DNA of 63,982 nt, the filler included, from Candidatus Hydrogenedentota bacterium (GTDB lineage Bacteria > JBFMHD01): NCBI GenBank assembly GCA_040752395.1. It is 10 parts of 10 records of this genome, joined end to end, with 100 filler letters (N's around TTAATTAATTAA, not from the genome) between each part and the next. Parts side by side here need not be neighbours in the genome. Positions count along the whole stretch, not along the records: positions 1 to 20,268 come from JBFMHD010000020.1; 9 more parts are not named here. One strand, given 5' to 3'. The translations under genes and the position numbers were made by a program. Each line of letters starts with the position of its first letter. Within the stretch, counting starts at the first letter, position 1. The notes beneath the pieces are model-generated. The model worked only from the letters and a program-made list of their open reading frames with translations. It did no database searches and was not told the DNA's origin. Below, piece by piece: positions 1 to 10,178 of the stretch.

Positions 1-235
1 TAATTCGGGCTACAGGCTACGGGCTACGGACTACAGCCGGCTGGAGCCCGAAGCCCGGAGCCTGAAGCCAACATATCATCTTTAGTTTTTCATATATTGT
101 GTAGAGCGCAAACCGCGCTCATGGGTACTCCTCTGAAAAACTTTGTAACTATAATAATATCAAGTAGAAGCAAGAGGCAAGAGGCAAGAAGCAAGATAAC
201 GGAAGAAGTGAGAGGTATCAGGACAGGCTACAGTC
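1..235 (-). repeat. Two tandem copies of the RBS-ending modular repeat (first cut by window edge)
   Basis: 1-132 matches the 154-bp unit at 45336-45494; 128-235 carries CTCCTCTGAAAAACTTTGTAACTATAATAAT plus GCAAGAG heptamers. Confidence 0.9.
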
Positions 236-472
236 AGAATACTGCACTAACCCACCCCTAACTGACTGATTGCAAAGTTAAAAGTTAAAAGGGAAAACTA
301 AAGAATATTATATCATTTCCTTAAATATTACTCAACAATTTTTTTAAGCCACAGCACATAACAAGTGGTTGGGTTTACTTTTTATGGCTGGATTTATCCA
401 TCTAAAAGGATAGTACATCGCTACTTCCTAATTGACAAGATTAATAAGTTAGTATTTATTGAGGGTTGATAA

Positions 473-546
473 TGGGGTGTCGCCAAACTGGCAAGGCACC
501 GGCCTTTGGAGCCGGTATTATGGAGGTTCGACTCCTCCCACCCCAG
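473..546 (+). tRNA. tRNA-Gln(TTG)
   Basis: Acceptor TGGGGTG/CACCCCA, anticodon arm CCGGC-CTTTGGA-GCCGG, T loop GGTTCGACTCC; CCA not encoded. Confidence 0.95.
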
Positions 547-558
547 CTGTTTACAATC

Positions 559-699
559 GGAGAGTCAGGATAGTAGCGAAGTAAAGAATGGCTGTCGGCC
601 CTGCCGACCGAACAGACATTTTGCGCAAAAGCGGATAGCGAGGAACAGCGAACAGGATGTGAGCGAAAGCAAAATGTCGCGCAGGAAGCGAGACGAGCA
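559..699 (+). repeat. tRNA-linked structured element, copy 1 (degenerate)
   Basis: Core GACATTTTGCGCAAAAGCGGATAGCGAGG...GCAAAATGTC nearly identical to 57918-57982 and to the minus-strand copy at 55743-55805. Confidence 0.85.
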
Positions 700-724
700 T
701 TAAAAGAGATCTGTAAAAAATACT

Positions 725-753
725 TTGACACTGTATTGGTTAATGAGTAAAAT
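725..753 (+). promoter_or_regulatory. Sigma70-type promoter for the MNT-HEPN pair
   Basis: TTGACA-17 bp-TAAAAT directly upstream of the ORF at 762. Confidence 0.65.
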
Positions 754-761
754 GAAAAAGG

Positions 762-1067
762 ATGAAATATATGAGTAAAGAAGAGATAATAGAAAAATTA
801 AAAGAATCTAAAATTCATCTTAAAGATAAATTTCATATAAAAAAAATAGCATTATTTGGTTCATGCTTAAGGAATAAAGATAGTGGTACAAGCGATATCG
901 ACCTGCTAATTGAACTAGATGAAAATATATCAAATGTCTATGAACTAAAAAAAGAGTTAAGGTTATATCTTACAGAGATATTTAAAATGGATGTTGACTT
1001 GGCTCGTGAAAAATACCTTAAAAATTATGTTAAAAATGATATATTAACTCAGGCAATATATGTTTAA
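762..1067 (+). CDS. Minimal nucleotidyltransferase (MNT) antitoxin
   Basis: LFGS...SDIDLLIE motif, ~100 aa, overlaps the HEPN gene. Confidence 0.9.
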   Translation: MKYMSKEEIIEKLKESKIHLKDKFHIKKIALFGSCLRNKDSGTSDIDLLIELDENISNVYELKKELRLYLTEIFKMDVDLAREKYLKNYVKNDILTQAIYV

Positions 1068-1407
1068 AAAAGACAGGGGAAATATACTTGGCATCATTGA
1101 AGCAATTGATAAAATAACAAAATATACTGCTAATATATCAAAAGGTGAGGAACTATTTGCAAATTCTCTTATCTTTGATGCTGTATTAATGAATTTTATT
1201 GTAATAGGTGAAATGATAGACAGGATTTCAGAAGAATTTAAAAGTAATTATCCTGAGATAAAGTGGAAAGAAATAAAAAATTTTAGAAATATTATTGCTC
1301 ACGACTATTTCGGTATAGATGCTGATGAGGTTTTTGATATTATAATTAATTATATCCCCAATTTTAAAAAGGATATCTTAAAAATATTAAGCAATATTTT
1401 AGAGTAG
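1060..1407 (+). CDS. HEPN/DUF86 (HepT-like) RNase toxin
   Basis: RNIIAHDY = Rx4HxY motif; IGE and PEIKW typical of DUF86. Confidence 0.9.
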   Translation: MFKKDRGNILGIIEAIDKITKYTANISKGEELFANSLIFDAVLMNFIVIGEMIDRISEEFKSNYPEIKWKEIKNFRNIIAHDYFGIDADEVFDIIINYIPNFKKDILKILSNILE

Positions 1408-1427
1408 CAATACTGGTTCAATCTAAA

Positions 1428-2345
1428 TTAACCAGAGAGCCTTACTTTAGTGAATAAAATGTTACAAACTGATCCTTTAATATAAATCTCAGTATCGACA
1501 CCTATGGGTATGATAATACGATTTTGTCTGTGACCAAAATAGGGAAAATTGATTATAGGGAAACCAGTATCTTTAAAGAGGTCTAACAAGGTCTGGTTTA
1601 CAGAGAGTGCGCCTCTGTTTTTAAAAGACGGTTTACATCCTTTAAAATCTATAAATAAACATTTTGTTTTGCTAAATACACCTGCGTTTTTTAAGTGCGT
1701 AAGCATACGGTCTATCCTGTACGGCTCTTCGTTCCAATCCTCGATAAACATTATGTTATCTGTTTCGTATTGTTTAAAAAATTTTGTTCCTGCTGATGCA
1801 GATATCAAAGATAAACACCCGGCTATTGATTTACCATTAAGTTCTGTTAATCCTGTGCCTCTCTTTATAATTTTAGCAGGCAGACAATAATGTAACTCTT
1901 TTTCAGATAAGATGGTTTTTAACAATTCTATCTGTCGTTTATATACTTTTTGATAAAAATCAGATATCAGCATATATCCATAAAATGTTGGTATTTTTGA
2001 TATCTGATTTATAGCTAAAAGTATAGCTGTAAAATCGCTATACCCTATAAACTTAATTTTATTTTTTTTTATCTTTTTATAATCGATATCATCAAGTAAC
2101 CGTGCTGACCCATAGCCGCCTTTTATTGCCATTACTAAATCAGGCTGTTTGTTAATAATATAATTTACATCTTTTATTCTCTCATAAGTTATGCCTGCGA
2201 ATAAACCATAACATTTAAAAATATTTTTCGGTATAATAATCTTCGCCTCTGGTAGATATTTTTGTAGATTTGTTTTAGCGGTATAAAATTTCTTTTTGGG
2301 AAAAGAATCCGCAGGTGCAATTAAACCGATTTTAATTTTTTTCAA
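1428..2345 (-). CDS. ldcA: LD-carboxypeptidase, peptidase S66 family
   Basis: KGGYGS, IGYSDFT, FIEDWNEEPYRIDRML and FGH motifs. Confidence 0.85.
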   Translation of the reverse strand: MKKIKIGLIAPADSFPKKKFYTAKTNLQKYLPEAKIIIPKNIFKCYGLFAGITYERIKDVNYIINKQPDLVMAIKGGYGSARLLDDIDYKKIKKNKIKFIGYSDFTAILLAINQISKIPTFYGYMLISDFYQKVYKRQIELLKTILSEKELHYCLPAKIIKRGTGLTELNGKSIAGCLSLISASAGTKFFKQYETDNIMFIEDWNEEPYRIDRMLTHLKNAGVFSKTKCLFIDFKGCKPSFKNRGALSVNQTLLDLFKDTGFPIINFPYFGHRQNRIIIPIGVDTEIYIKGSVCNILFTKVRLSG

Positions 2346-2348
2346 TTC

Positions 2349-2984
2349 TTACTCCTTTTGATTAATTCTTCTTACAGTGGCAACAATTTCTTCAAGCGAC
2401 TCATAAGGTGTTGGTGTATCATCAACACCGCCGTATATAGGGCTCAAGATAAGTGTTCTGTGTAATTCATTTTCTTTTGAGAGCCTGACTATATAAACAG
2501 GCCCAAATGGAGCGGTATCAAACTCGGTGGTCCATTCTTGTGGATAAAACTCACTATGTTCAAGGAAATAGAGTTCGTAAGCCTTAAGTTCATTATTATT
2601 CTGTATTTCTTTTACTTGTATAACTTCGCTGCAATATCTGCAGCCATCGGGTCCATCAGCCTGTCTCATATTTCTACATTTTTCATAAGCGAATTCTTCA
2701 AATGAATAACCTTCATAGAGCTCGCTAAACCCTTCTGTTGATTCATATTCAATATACCATTCGATGTTTTTACCGGCGATGGTTGGAGAGGGTATTGTCC
2801 CACGTATTTCAAAAGTGTCCGGGTAATCAAAAGCAAATCCAGAAGCTGTATCTTGATAAGTTCGCAATCCTTGTTTTGTTTCTTCTTTGTTTAACTGATT
2901 TTTATCAGAACTTTTGCTACAACTAAAAAGAGTTATCAAAATACAGATAATAATCAGATCAAAATAAGGGCTATCTTTTATCAT
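2349..2984 (-). CDS. Hypothetical lipoprotein
   Basis: Hydrophobic N-terminus with LFSC lipobox-like motif; packed in operon. Confidence 0.6.
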   Translation of the reverse strand: MIKDSPYFDLIIICILITLFSCSKSSDKNQLNKEETKQGLRTYQDTASGFAFDYPDTFEIRGTIPSPTIAGKNIEWYIEYESTEGFSELYEGYSFEEFAYEKCRNMRQADGPDGCRYCSEVIQVKEIQNNNELKAYELYFLEHSEFYPQEWTTEFDTAPFGPVYIVRLSKENELHRTLILSPIYGGVDDTPTPYESLEEIVATVRRINQKE

Positions 2985-3712
2985 AGGTTCATCCGTTTAA
3001 ATATAAATTCTGGTAAATGGATAACAATAAACATAATATATCGCCAGTACCATTTAGTATAAAGTATATCTCTATGCTTGATATAGGCATTAAAAATATC
3101 AGAGGCTACCTCTTCAGGTTCAGCTGTTAATAAATCTGGTATTTCTCTACCCTCGGTCATCTTTGTTCGGACAAAACCTGGTTTTACTGTCATAACGCGG
3201 ACGTTCTTTTGAAATAATCTATTTCTTAGTCCTGATAAATATGCACTAAACGCAGATTTGCTGCTACCATAAAAGCAATTCATTTTTCTTCCTCTATCTC
3301 CTGCAACAGAACTAATACCGATTATATACCCGTAACCACGTTTTTCAAAATCATCAGCTATAATATTTAAAATTGAAACACAGCCGGTATAATTTGTATC
3401 AATAATTTTTTTAGCTTCATTAAAATCTTTTTCTGCTAATCTCTGGTCGCCTAAATATCCAACTGCGCAGAGAACAGCAAATGGTTTTTCTTTGATAGAA
3501 TCGTAAAATTCTTTATGGGTTTCAGTTTTTAAAACATCAAATTCCAGAGACATTGCTTTTATCTTATATCTAACCTCTAAATCTTTTATTTCAATGTCTA
3601 AAAAATCGCTATTACGTGCTGCAAGATAAATATTAAACCCGGCTATTGCAAATCTCCGAGCAGTAGCTCTTGCTATATCGGACTTTGCACCTAAAACTAA
3701 TAACCATGACAT
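2981..3712 (-). CDS. SDR oxidoreductase, DprE2-like (start revised to MSWLLVLGAKS)
   Basis: GAxSDIA, SSVAGDRGR, YGSSK motifs; GAGGAG 8 nt before ATG 3712; the extra 51 codons in the ORF track come from the repeat. Confidence 0.85.
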   Translation of the reverse strand: MSWLLVLGAKSDIARATARRFAIAGFNIYLAARNSDFLDIEIKDLEVRYKIKAMSLEFDVLKTETHKEFYDSIKEKPFAVLCAVGYLGDQRLAEKDFNEAKKIIDTNYTGCVSILNIIADDFEKRGYGYIIGISSVAGDRGRKMNCFYGSSKSAFSAYLSGLRNRLFQKNVRVMTVKPGFVRTKMTEGREIPDLLTAEPEEVASDIFNAYIKHRDILYTKWYWRYIMFIVIHLPEFIFKRMNL

Positions 3713-3720
3713 ACAATTGA

Positions 3721-3885
3721 CTCCTCTTCTGAAAAACTTCGCAACTATAATAATATCAAGTAGAAGCAAGAGACAAGAGGCAAGAAGCAAGATAACGCAA
3801 AAACGCAAAAACGCAAGAACGCAATAACCCAATAACGCAATAGTGTAGAGCGTAAAATCGCTCATGACGACTCATATGAAAGACT
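3721..3885 (-). repeat. RBS-ending modular repeat
   Basis: ATGAGCG...CTCTACAC start, TTGCGTT octamers, TCTTGCT heptamers, ends TTTTTCAGAAGAGGAG before the SDR start. Confidence 0.9.
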
Positions 3886-3894
3886 TTGTTAGCT

Positions 3895-5202
3895 TTAGAA
3901 CATCAGTCTTCTTGATTGTAAAGATTGAAATTTCTTATACGGGTCATACTTATTCTTTATTTCAAGAAATTTTTGATACTGTGAATAACTGTTCACAAAC
4001 ATATTTTTACTCATTCTTACATCTTTTGCAAGATACAGTCTGCCGCCATAATCAAGCACAATTTTATCAAGTTCATTCAAAAACCATAGTACCTGATTTG
4101 AGATTGGAAAATCAAGTGCCAATGTATAACCCTCCATAGGAAAAGATAACGGGTTTTCATTAGATTTACCAAATAACTTCAAAACAGCCAGAAACGAACC
4201 CATCTTTCGACCGCTTATCTTTGTTAATATCTTTTTAAGTCCCTCTTTACTCGCTTCTTTAGGAATAACAAATTGATATTGTGTAAAACCACGTTTACCA
4301 TAAATTCTGTTCCAGTTATGAATACTATCAAGCGGATAAAAGAAAGCATCATAATCAATAATAGATTTAGCTGATTTATTCTTTTTATAATATAATTCAT
4401 TGAACAATTCTACTGTAAATTTGTTAAGAAAAAAGCCGGGAAATTCAAATAGTATATTTAATTTAAATTTGTTTTTTATACGGAGTGGATTTTTAGGTAT
4501 CGCTTCTTTTTTAGCAAATTCGCCGAGTATAAGTATACTTCTTCCAGTGTTATCTCCTTTTTTCAAGCAATCGATCCAGGCAACTGAGTAAGTATAATCT
4601 TTGGATTCTTCAAATTTTTCCATAATTACATCAATATTTTTACATTGTATGATTTCCTGATTTAGATAAGCAGTTTCAATTTTTTTAAGTTTGAAACTTG
4701 CATTTAATATTATACCGGTTAAACCCATCCCACCACAGGTAGCCAGAAATAAATCTTTATTCTCCTCTCTTGAGCATTTTATAATCTTCCCATTATATAA
4801 CATTATATCTATCGATAAAAGATGTTCTGAGAAACAGCCGTCTTTATGATGGTTTTTACCATGGACATCTGATGCTATAGCACCACCAACAGTGATAAAT
4901 TTAGTGCCTGGAGTAACAGATAGAAACCAGCCACGTGGTATAAATAAATCAAGTATTGTTTGTAGTGATACACCTGCCTCACAGGTTAAAACTCCACCTT
5001 CTTCATCAAACGAAATAAATCTATCAAGTTTAAGCATTGATACGATGTTTTTAGAGAGCGAAGAATCACCATAACATCGGCCAAGACCGCGGCTAATACA
5101 GAACCCGAGATCATCCAGATATTCTCTTATTCCCTGAACTGAGCGTGCTGTAATTATATCAGCTTCAATTAAAGGATATTTACCCCAGTTGGATAATTTC
5201 AT
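3895..5202 (-). CDS. FAD-binding oxidoreductase, DprE1-like
   Basis: RGLGRCYGD, VTPGTKFITVGGAIASDVHGKNHH, GGRLYLAKD; likely start MKLSNWG. Confidence 0.88.
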   Translation of the reverse strand: MKLSNWGKYPLIEADIITARSVQGIREYLDDLGFCISRGLGRCYGDSSLSKNIVSMLKLDRFISFDEEGGVLTCEAGVSLQTILDLFIPRGWFLSVTPGTKFITVGGAIASDVHGKNHHKDGCFSEHLLSIDIMLYNGKIIKCSREENKDLFLATCGGMGLTGIILNASFKLKKIETAYLNQEIIQCKNIDVIMEKFEESKDYTYSVAWIDCLKKGDNTGRSILILGEFAKKEAIPKNPLRIKNKFKLNILFEFPGFFLNKFTVELFNELYYKKNKSAKSIIDYDAFFYPLDSIHNWNRIYGKRGFTQYQFVIPKEASKEGLKKILTKISGRKMGSFLAVLKLFGKSNENPLSFPMEGYTLALDFPISNQVLWFLNELDKIVLDYGGRLYLAKDVRMSKNMFVNSYSQYQKFLEIKNKYDPYKKFQSLQSRRLMF

Positions 5203-5253
5203 TAATTTAACCCTCGAATTATTACTCTCAGAGTGTAAGTGAAACAAGTATTT

Positions 5254-6789
5254 TTATTTAAAAAGAAGGTTAAGCCCATTAAATATAGCATTTATATTGG
5301 CTTTGCGAGTATCTCGTGACATCCCACGACAGAGTATCTCGTGGTTGGTTTCTTTATTTTTCAGTTTTATAACGGTTATAGCATTAGCTCTTGCACCACT
5401 CTTTTCTTCATCTAAAGCCATCTGATGAAAGTGAACCAGAGATACAGGGAAACCTGCACGATTTATTGCGTCTATAACAGCCTCAATAGGTCCCTCACCT
5501 GTACCTGTTTCAACTATATGTCTATCTTTATAAATAAAATGTAATCTATATTTATGAATTTTACCTCCTTGTACTTCTTCAAATTTAATCAACTGAATTT
5601 TACCTTTTATATTAAAAAGTTTATCAAAATATATCTGTTCCATATCGTCGATACTTAATTCACCCTTTTTTTCAGCTAATGATTTCATAAATGGCTGTAG
5701 ATATACAGCCTCATGCATAGTAATAGGTAAACCGGCTTTAGTTAATAATTCATAGATTGCAGTTTTACCTGATTGGCTGGTAAACCCGATATAATCGCCA
5801 CTATCCCTTCCTATTAAAGTTGGATGTATGGGTCTATAAGCACCTTTTTTCATCATCATAGTTTTTATAGTACCATCCTGATGGATACCACTTCTATGAG
5901 CGAGTGCATCGGGTCCTATAAGTGGTGCTTTTTCATATATAGGAACTCCTGATATCTCAGATATAAACACAGCTGTCTCATAAATTTCTTGCATTCTTAA
6001 TGGAACTTTTACGCCGCTATTATGTAAAGAAACCGCGACCTCAAATAGGTTTGTATTACCAGCTCTTTCACCAAGCCCATTCAAACTCACCTCAAGCTGA
6101 GTTGCGCCGGCGAAAAAACTCTCTACAGTTGTAGCGGTACCCATCCCTAAATCATTATGACAATGAACTGCGATGGTGCAGTATTTGCCTATAACCCGAG
6201 CCACTTTCTTAACCATCTCAATAAAATCAGAGACTCGTGTTCTTTCAACTGTATTAGGAAGATTTATAACATCGGCTCCAGCTGAAATACATTTTTCAAA
6301 GGTTTCAATAACAAAATTTAGATTATTTTTAGAATCACCAAAATGTTCAGCACTAAACTGGACACTACCTTTTTTTCCTAAAAGTTCGCGAGCAAATGCA
6401 CAGGCTTCAACAGCTATTTTTTGTACATCTTTAGGCTGTCTTTTTAATACAAATTTCATAGAGAACGGGCTAAGGGCTATAAATGTGTGTATTCTTGGTT
6501 TTTTGGCATTTCGTATAGAATCATAGACTTTCTGTATATCTGATTCAAGAGTGCGTGCGAGCCCTGAAATAACAACATCGCCTGGCGCAATATTAGCGAG
6601 ATGCTCACACGCTTCAAAATCCATCTCGCTTGCACCTGAGAACCCAACTTCTATCCCCTGCACACCTAAATTCACAAGCTTCAAGAATACTTTCTCTTTC
6701 TCTCCTGTATTCCAGGGTTTCTTCAGTGCTTGATTCCCATCTCTTAAAGTAACATCATAAAAAAACGGGACCCCTTTCCCGGTAATCAT
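5254..6789 (-). CDS. leuA: 2-isopropylmalate synthase family (DRE-TIM) enzyme
   Basis: DVTLRDGNQ, HCHNDLG, GLGERAGN, SGIHQDG and a C-terminal regulatory domain (GxGPIEA). Confidence 0.8.
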   Translation of the reverse strand: MITGKGVPFFYDVTLRDGNQALKKPWNTGEKEKVFLKLVNLGVQGIEVGFSGASEMDFEACEHLANIAPGDVVISGLARTLESDIQKVYDSIRNAKKPRIHTFIALSPFSMKFVLKRQPKDVQKIAVEACAFARELLGKKGSVQFSAEHFGDSKNNLNFVIETFEKCISAGADVINLPNTVERTRVSDFIEMVKKVARVIGKYCTIAVHCHNDLGMGTATTVESFFAGATQLEVSLNGLGERAGNTNLFEVAVSLHNSGVKVPLRMQEIYETAVFISEISGVPIYEKAPLIGPDALAHRSGIHQDGTIKTMMMKKGAYRPIHPTLIGRDSGDYIGFTSQSGKTAIYELLTKAGLPITMHEAVYLQPFMKSLAEKKGELSIDDMEQIYFDKLFNIKGKIQLIKFEEVQGGKIHKYRLHFIYKDRHIVETGTGEGPIEAVIDAINRAGFPVSLVHFHQMALDEEKSGARANAITVIKLKNKETNHEILCRGMSRDTRKANINAIFNGLNLLFK

Positions 6790-6854
6790 AAAAAATCACC
6801 TCATAACTTAACTCTAATACTTATCAGATAATTTTACGAATTTATAAAAAATTG

Positions 6855-7949
6855 TTAAGTATTATTTTCCATCTGCTTTTTTAAAAAATCTACAATAGCA
6901 AGAGAAATAATATAATGTCCTTTCTCACTAAAATGACCCTCTGATTCTATATAAAATTCATTTGCCGGGTTTTGGGAAAGCTTCAAAAAAATATTGTAAA
7001 GATTAAGATACGGTATGTTATGACGTGAACAAATCTCTTCAAGAACTTTAATAGAATGATATTGTCTGAATTCACGCAATTGTTCTTTTGTCGGAATGAT
7101 TATAACAAAAAAACTCACACTATTTGTTGCTAATTCATCATTTAGATAGCAGAGAATAGCCTCTGTTATTTTTATAGAGTATTCTCTATCTTTTGTATCA
7201 TCAAAATCTGAGGTTACGATTAATTGTGGATTATTACCTGCTAACCACTTTCTACGTAATACTTCGATTCGTGGAAAAATCATCTCTTTTATATATCTAT
7301 ATGTCGAGGTATGTTCTCTTAAAAAATAGATTAACTGATTTATATCTTCTCTTGGCACCGGTACGTTTTTTAAAATTATTTTTCCTTCTTCAAGTATGAA
7401 ATATGGTTTATAATATGTTTTGGTTGCGATTTTATAATATTTTTCAAGATTGTTACCATAATCATTACCTACAAAGAATGCAATCCCCACAACTTTCCAG
7501 TGATATATTTTCATAGAATCAATAACATACAATGCCTCCTGATCAGTCCCGTAACCACTAACACCGTAAACATAAACATTAAAACCCATATCACAAAGTT
7601 TTTCACGCAAATATCGTTGTATATGGCTTGTATCAGCTACCTCGATCCCATCCATAAATGAATCACCAATGATTAGTAAATTATTATTATTTTCATTTAA
7701 TGGTCCGCCGGTCTCTCTAAAACCACCATTATCATAAGCATAAAAAATTTTATTATTAACACAAAGTTTTATGCCTTTTGTATTTGGATAGTTAGCCCAA
7801 CCAAGCCGTGAATGATATCCTGTTGTAGAACCAGGCGGAAGATATGTAATTCTATAAAATATCTCGATAATAATTAATCCTGCTATAAAACCTAAAAAAG
7901 CAGTGATAATTTTAGTTTTTTTATGAATTATCCACAATTTTATATACAC
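6855..7949 (-). CDS. Membrane-anchored SGNH/GDSL hydrolase family protein
   Basis: [27 protein letters not shown] blocks; N-terminal TM helix. Confidence 0.8.
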   Translation of the reverse strand: MYIKLWIIHKKTKIITAFLGFIAGLIIIEIFYRITYLPPGSTTGYHSRLGWANYPNTKGIKLCVNNKIFYAYDNGGFRETGGPLNENNNNLLIIGDSFMDGIEVADTSHIQRYLREKLCDMGFNVYVYGVSGYGTDQEALYVIDSMKIYHWKVVGIAFFVGNDYGNNLEKYYKIATKTYYKPYFILEEGKIILKNVPVPREDINQLIYFLREHTSTYRYIKEMIFPRIEVLRRKWLAGNNPQLIVTSDFDDTKDREYSIKITEAILCYLNDELATNSVSFFVIIIPTKEQLREFRQYHSIKVLEEICSRHNIPYLNLYNIFLKLSQNPANEFYIESEGHFSEKGHYIISLAIVDFLKKQMENNT

Positions 7950-8886
7950 TCATCTTTCTGAATTTTTCATATCTTCTATTTATCAATTCATCAAGTGGTA
8001 TTCTTTCTAATTCCAGAAGAACAGACACTATGGTATCTTTAACATTATTAGCTGCCTCATCATAATTTCTATGAGCACCGCCCTCAGGTTCTTTAATTAT
8101 CCCATCAATAATACCTAATTTATAAATTTGGTCAGCACTTACTCTCATACTAAAAGCCGCGTCCTGAGCCCTCTGTGCATCACTGAATAATATAGCGGCA
8201 CAACCCTCAGGAGAGATAACAGAATAAATAGCATACTCAAGCATATAAATCCTGTCAGCTAACCCTATGCCAAGTGCACCCCCACTTCCTCCCTCGCCAA
8301 TTACTATACTTATAATAGGTGTTTTTAAAAGTGTCATTTCTTTTAAATTAACAGCTATAGCCTCAGCCTGGCCTCGTTCCTCAGCACCAATCCCGGGATA
8401 AGCACCTGGCGTATCAATAAAAGTAATAACAGGTATCTTGCACTTTTCAGCAAGTTTCATTAAACGCAATGCTTTTCTATATCCCTCGGGGTGAGCCATC
8501 CCAAAATTACGTATAAGATTCTCTTTTGTATCCCTGCCTTTTTGATGCCCTATAACCATTACTGATTTATTATTAACAAATCCTATGCCAGATTCTATGG
8601 CTAAATCATCACCAAAATGTCTATCTCCGGCTAACCTTGTAAAATTTGTAAATATTCTCTGGATATAATCAAGTGTATAGGGTCGTTTAGGATGTCTTGC
8701 GAGTTTTGTTTTTTGCCAGGGTGTAAGATTCTGAAATATTTCTTTTTTTAAGTCTCTGAGTTTCTTTTGTAAACTCATTATTTCTTCGTCTAATTTTACA
8801 TTTCCATCTTTAGTAATCTTTTTAAACTCTTCAATCTTTGATTCTATCTCTACAATAGGCATTTCAAAATCAAGATATTCAATCAT
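7921..8886 (-). CDS. accA: Acetyl-CoA carboxylase carboxyltransferase alpha subunit
   Basis: [54 protein letters not shown]. Confidence 0.97.
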   Translation of the reverse strand: MIEYLDFEMPIVEIESKIEEFKKITKDGNVKLDEEIMSLQKKLRDLKKEIFQNLTPWQKTKLARHPKRPYTLDYIQRIFTNFTRLAGDRHFGDDLAIESGIGFVNNKSVMVIGHQKGRDTKENLIRNFGMAHPEGYRKALRLMKLAEKCKIPVITFIDTPGAYPGIGAEERGQAEAIAVNLKEMTLLKTPIISIVIGEGGSGGALGIGLADRIYMLEYAIYSVISPEGCAAILFSDAQRAQDAAFSMRVSADQIYKLGIIDGIIKEPEGGAHRNYDEAANNVKDTIVSVLLELERIPLDELINRRYEKFRKMSVYKIVDNS

Positions 8887-8891
8887 TTAGT

Positions 8892-9290
8892 CTCCCTTGA
8901 AAAACTTCGCAACTATAATAATATCAAGTAGAAGCAAGATAACGGAAAAGAAAGATAACGAAAGAAGCAAGAGGCAAGAAGCAAGATAACGGAAGAAGTG
9001 AGAAGTATCAGGACAGGCTACAGGCTACGGACTACAGCCGTCTGGAGCCCGAAGCCTGAAGCCTGCTGAAAAGTCTTGAGTCTTGAGTCTTGAGTCTTGA
9101 GTCTCGAGTCCTGTTTTGACTCACGACTCTTTTCATATCATCTTTAGTTTTTCATCCTTTGTGTAGAGCGCAAACGCGCTCATCTTGACTCCTTCGAAAA
9201 AGTTCGGAGCTCGGAGCTATTATTACGAACTCCTAACTCCTATCTTTTCCATACTTTGTGTAGAACCCAAAAGCGCAATAACCCAATAGT
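8892..9290 (-). repeat. Long composite copy of the RBS-ending modular repeat
   Basis: Contains nearly all module types; ends TTTTTCAAGGGAG 5 nt before accA ATG. Confidence 0.9.
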
Positions 9291-9383
9291 GCTCCTGGCG
9301 ACTTCTATCACTCATTTTTCTACGTATATTTTTCAGTAATGTCAATTTAATTTTTTTATCGAGACTCACTATTTACAATTATC

Positions 9384-9917
9384 TTGTATTATAAATCAAT
9401 ATATGATAAAATATCTTTAAAATTTATGAAAATTTTGTCTTCACTTGTTTTCTGGATGTTTTTTATAGCATTTCTTGATGGTCTTTCTACTATAGTGATA
9501 TTATCATACGGCATTGGTTTTGAAATAAACAATGTGCTTAGAAAATATATTGCGGTCTCACCTTGTTTTGCTTTTCTTTATCTGCCTTTATTCTGTCTTG
9601 CTGTTCTTTTATATCCTAAAAAGGTAAAAAATTCTCTGTGTGTATATAAAATATTTCTTAATGGTGGCAATACCATAAATAATATTCTACTTGGCTTATT
9701 TGCTTACCCATTTATTACTAAATTGTTTCCGAAGTATTATATATGGCCACTTATATCTTTAATAATGGCTTTAACCTTTTATTTTATTAAAAATCATAAA
9801 GCAATAAGGTTTAAAGAAGTTTTCCTTATATTATTTCACTTTTTTATTATCGTCAAACAGATATCTATATTACTTGATAACATAATAATCTTTGCGTATC
9901 CACACATTTCTCTGTAA
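9384..9917 (+). CDS. Hypothetical membrane protein
   Basis: Several hydrophobic segments; start uncertain. Confidence 0.55.
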   Translation: MYYKSIYDKISLKFMKILSSLVFWMFFIAFLDGLSTIVILSYGIGFEINNVLRKYIAVSPCFAFLYLPLFCLAVLLYPKKVKNSLCVYKIFLNGGNTINNILLGLFAYPFITKLFPKYYIWPLISLIMALTFYFIKNHKAIRFKEVFLILFHFFIIVKQISILLDNIIIFAYPHISL

Positions 9918-10140
9918 GCCACCAGTTAAAAGTAAGAAGTGAGAGGTGAGAAGTATCAGAAAAAAGAAGCAAGCACCGTGCACCAATTGTCAGAAAACAA
10001 TAGTTATCTAATAAGCAATTGGTAATGGATAAAACGTGCAAAAGAATTAAAAAGCACTAAAGTTTTTTACTAAAGGGTCGATAATATTAATGAAAGCCAT
10101 AACACCTGAAAACCTTGAGGTTCTCTTAAGGTCTCATAAT

Positions 10141-10171
10141 TAAAAAAGAGCCGGGTTCGCCACCCGGCTCT
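10141..10171 (-). terminator. Intrinsic terminator after nfo
   Basis: AGAGCCGGGT/ACCCGGCTCT stem followed by a T run on the minus strand, just after the nfo stop. Confidence 0.8.
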
Positions 10172-10178
10172 AAATTTT

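Noticed and set aside
456-731. ORFs 456-731, 506-703, 55600-55836, 57850-58047 and 58189-58464
   Set aside because: They overlap tRNAs or the tRNA-linked element; shared peptides reflect the repeat.
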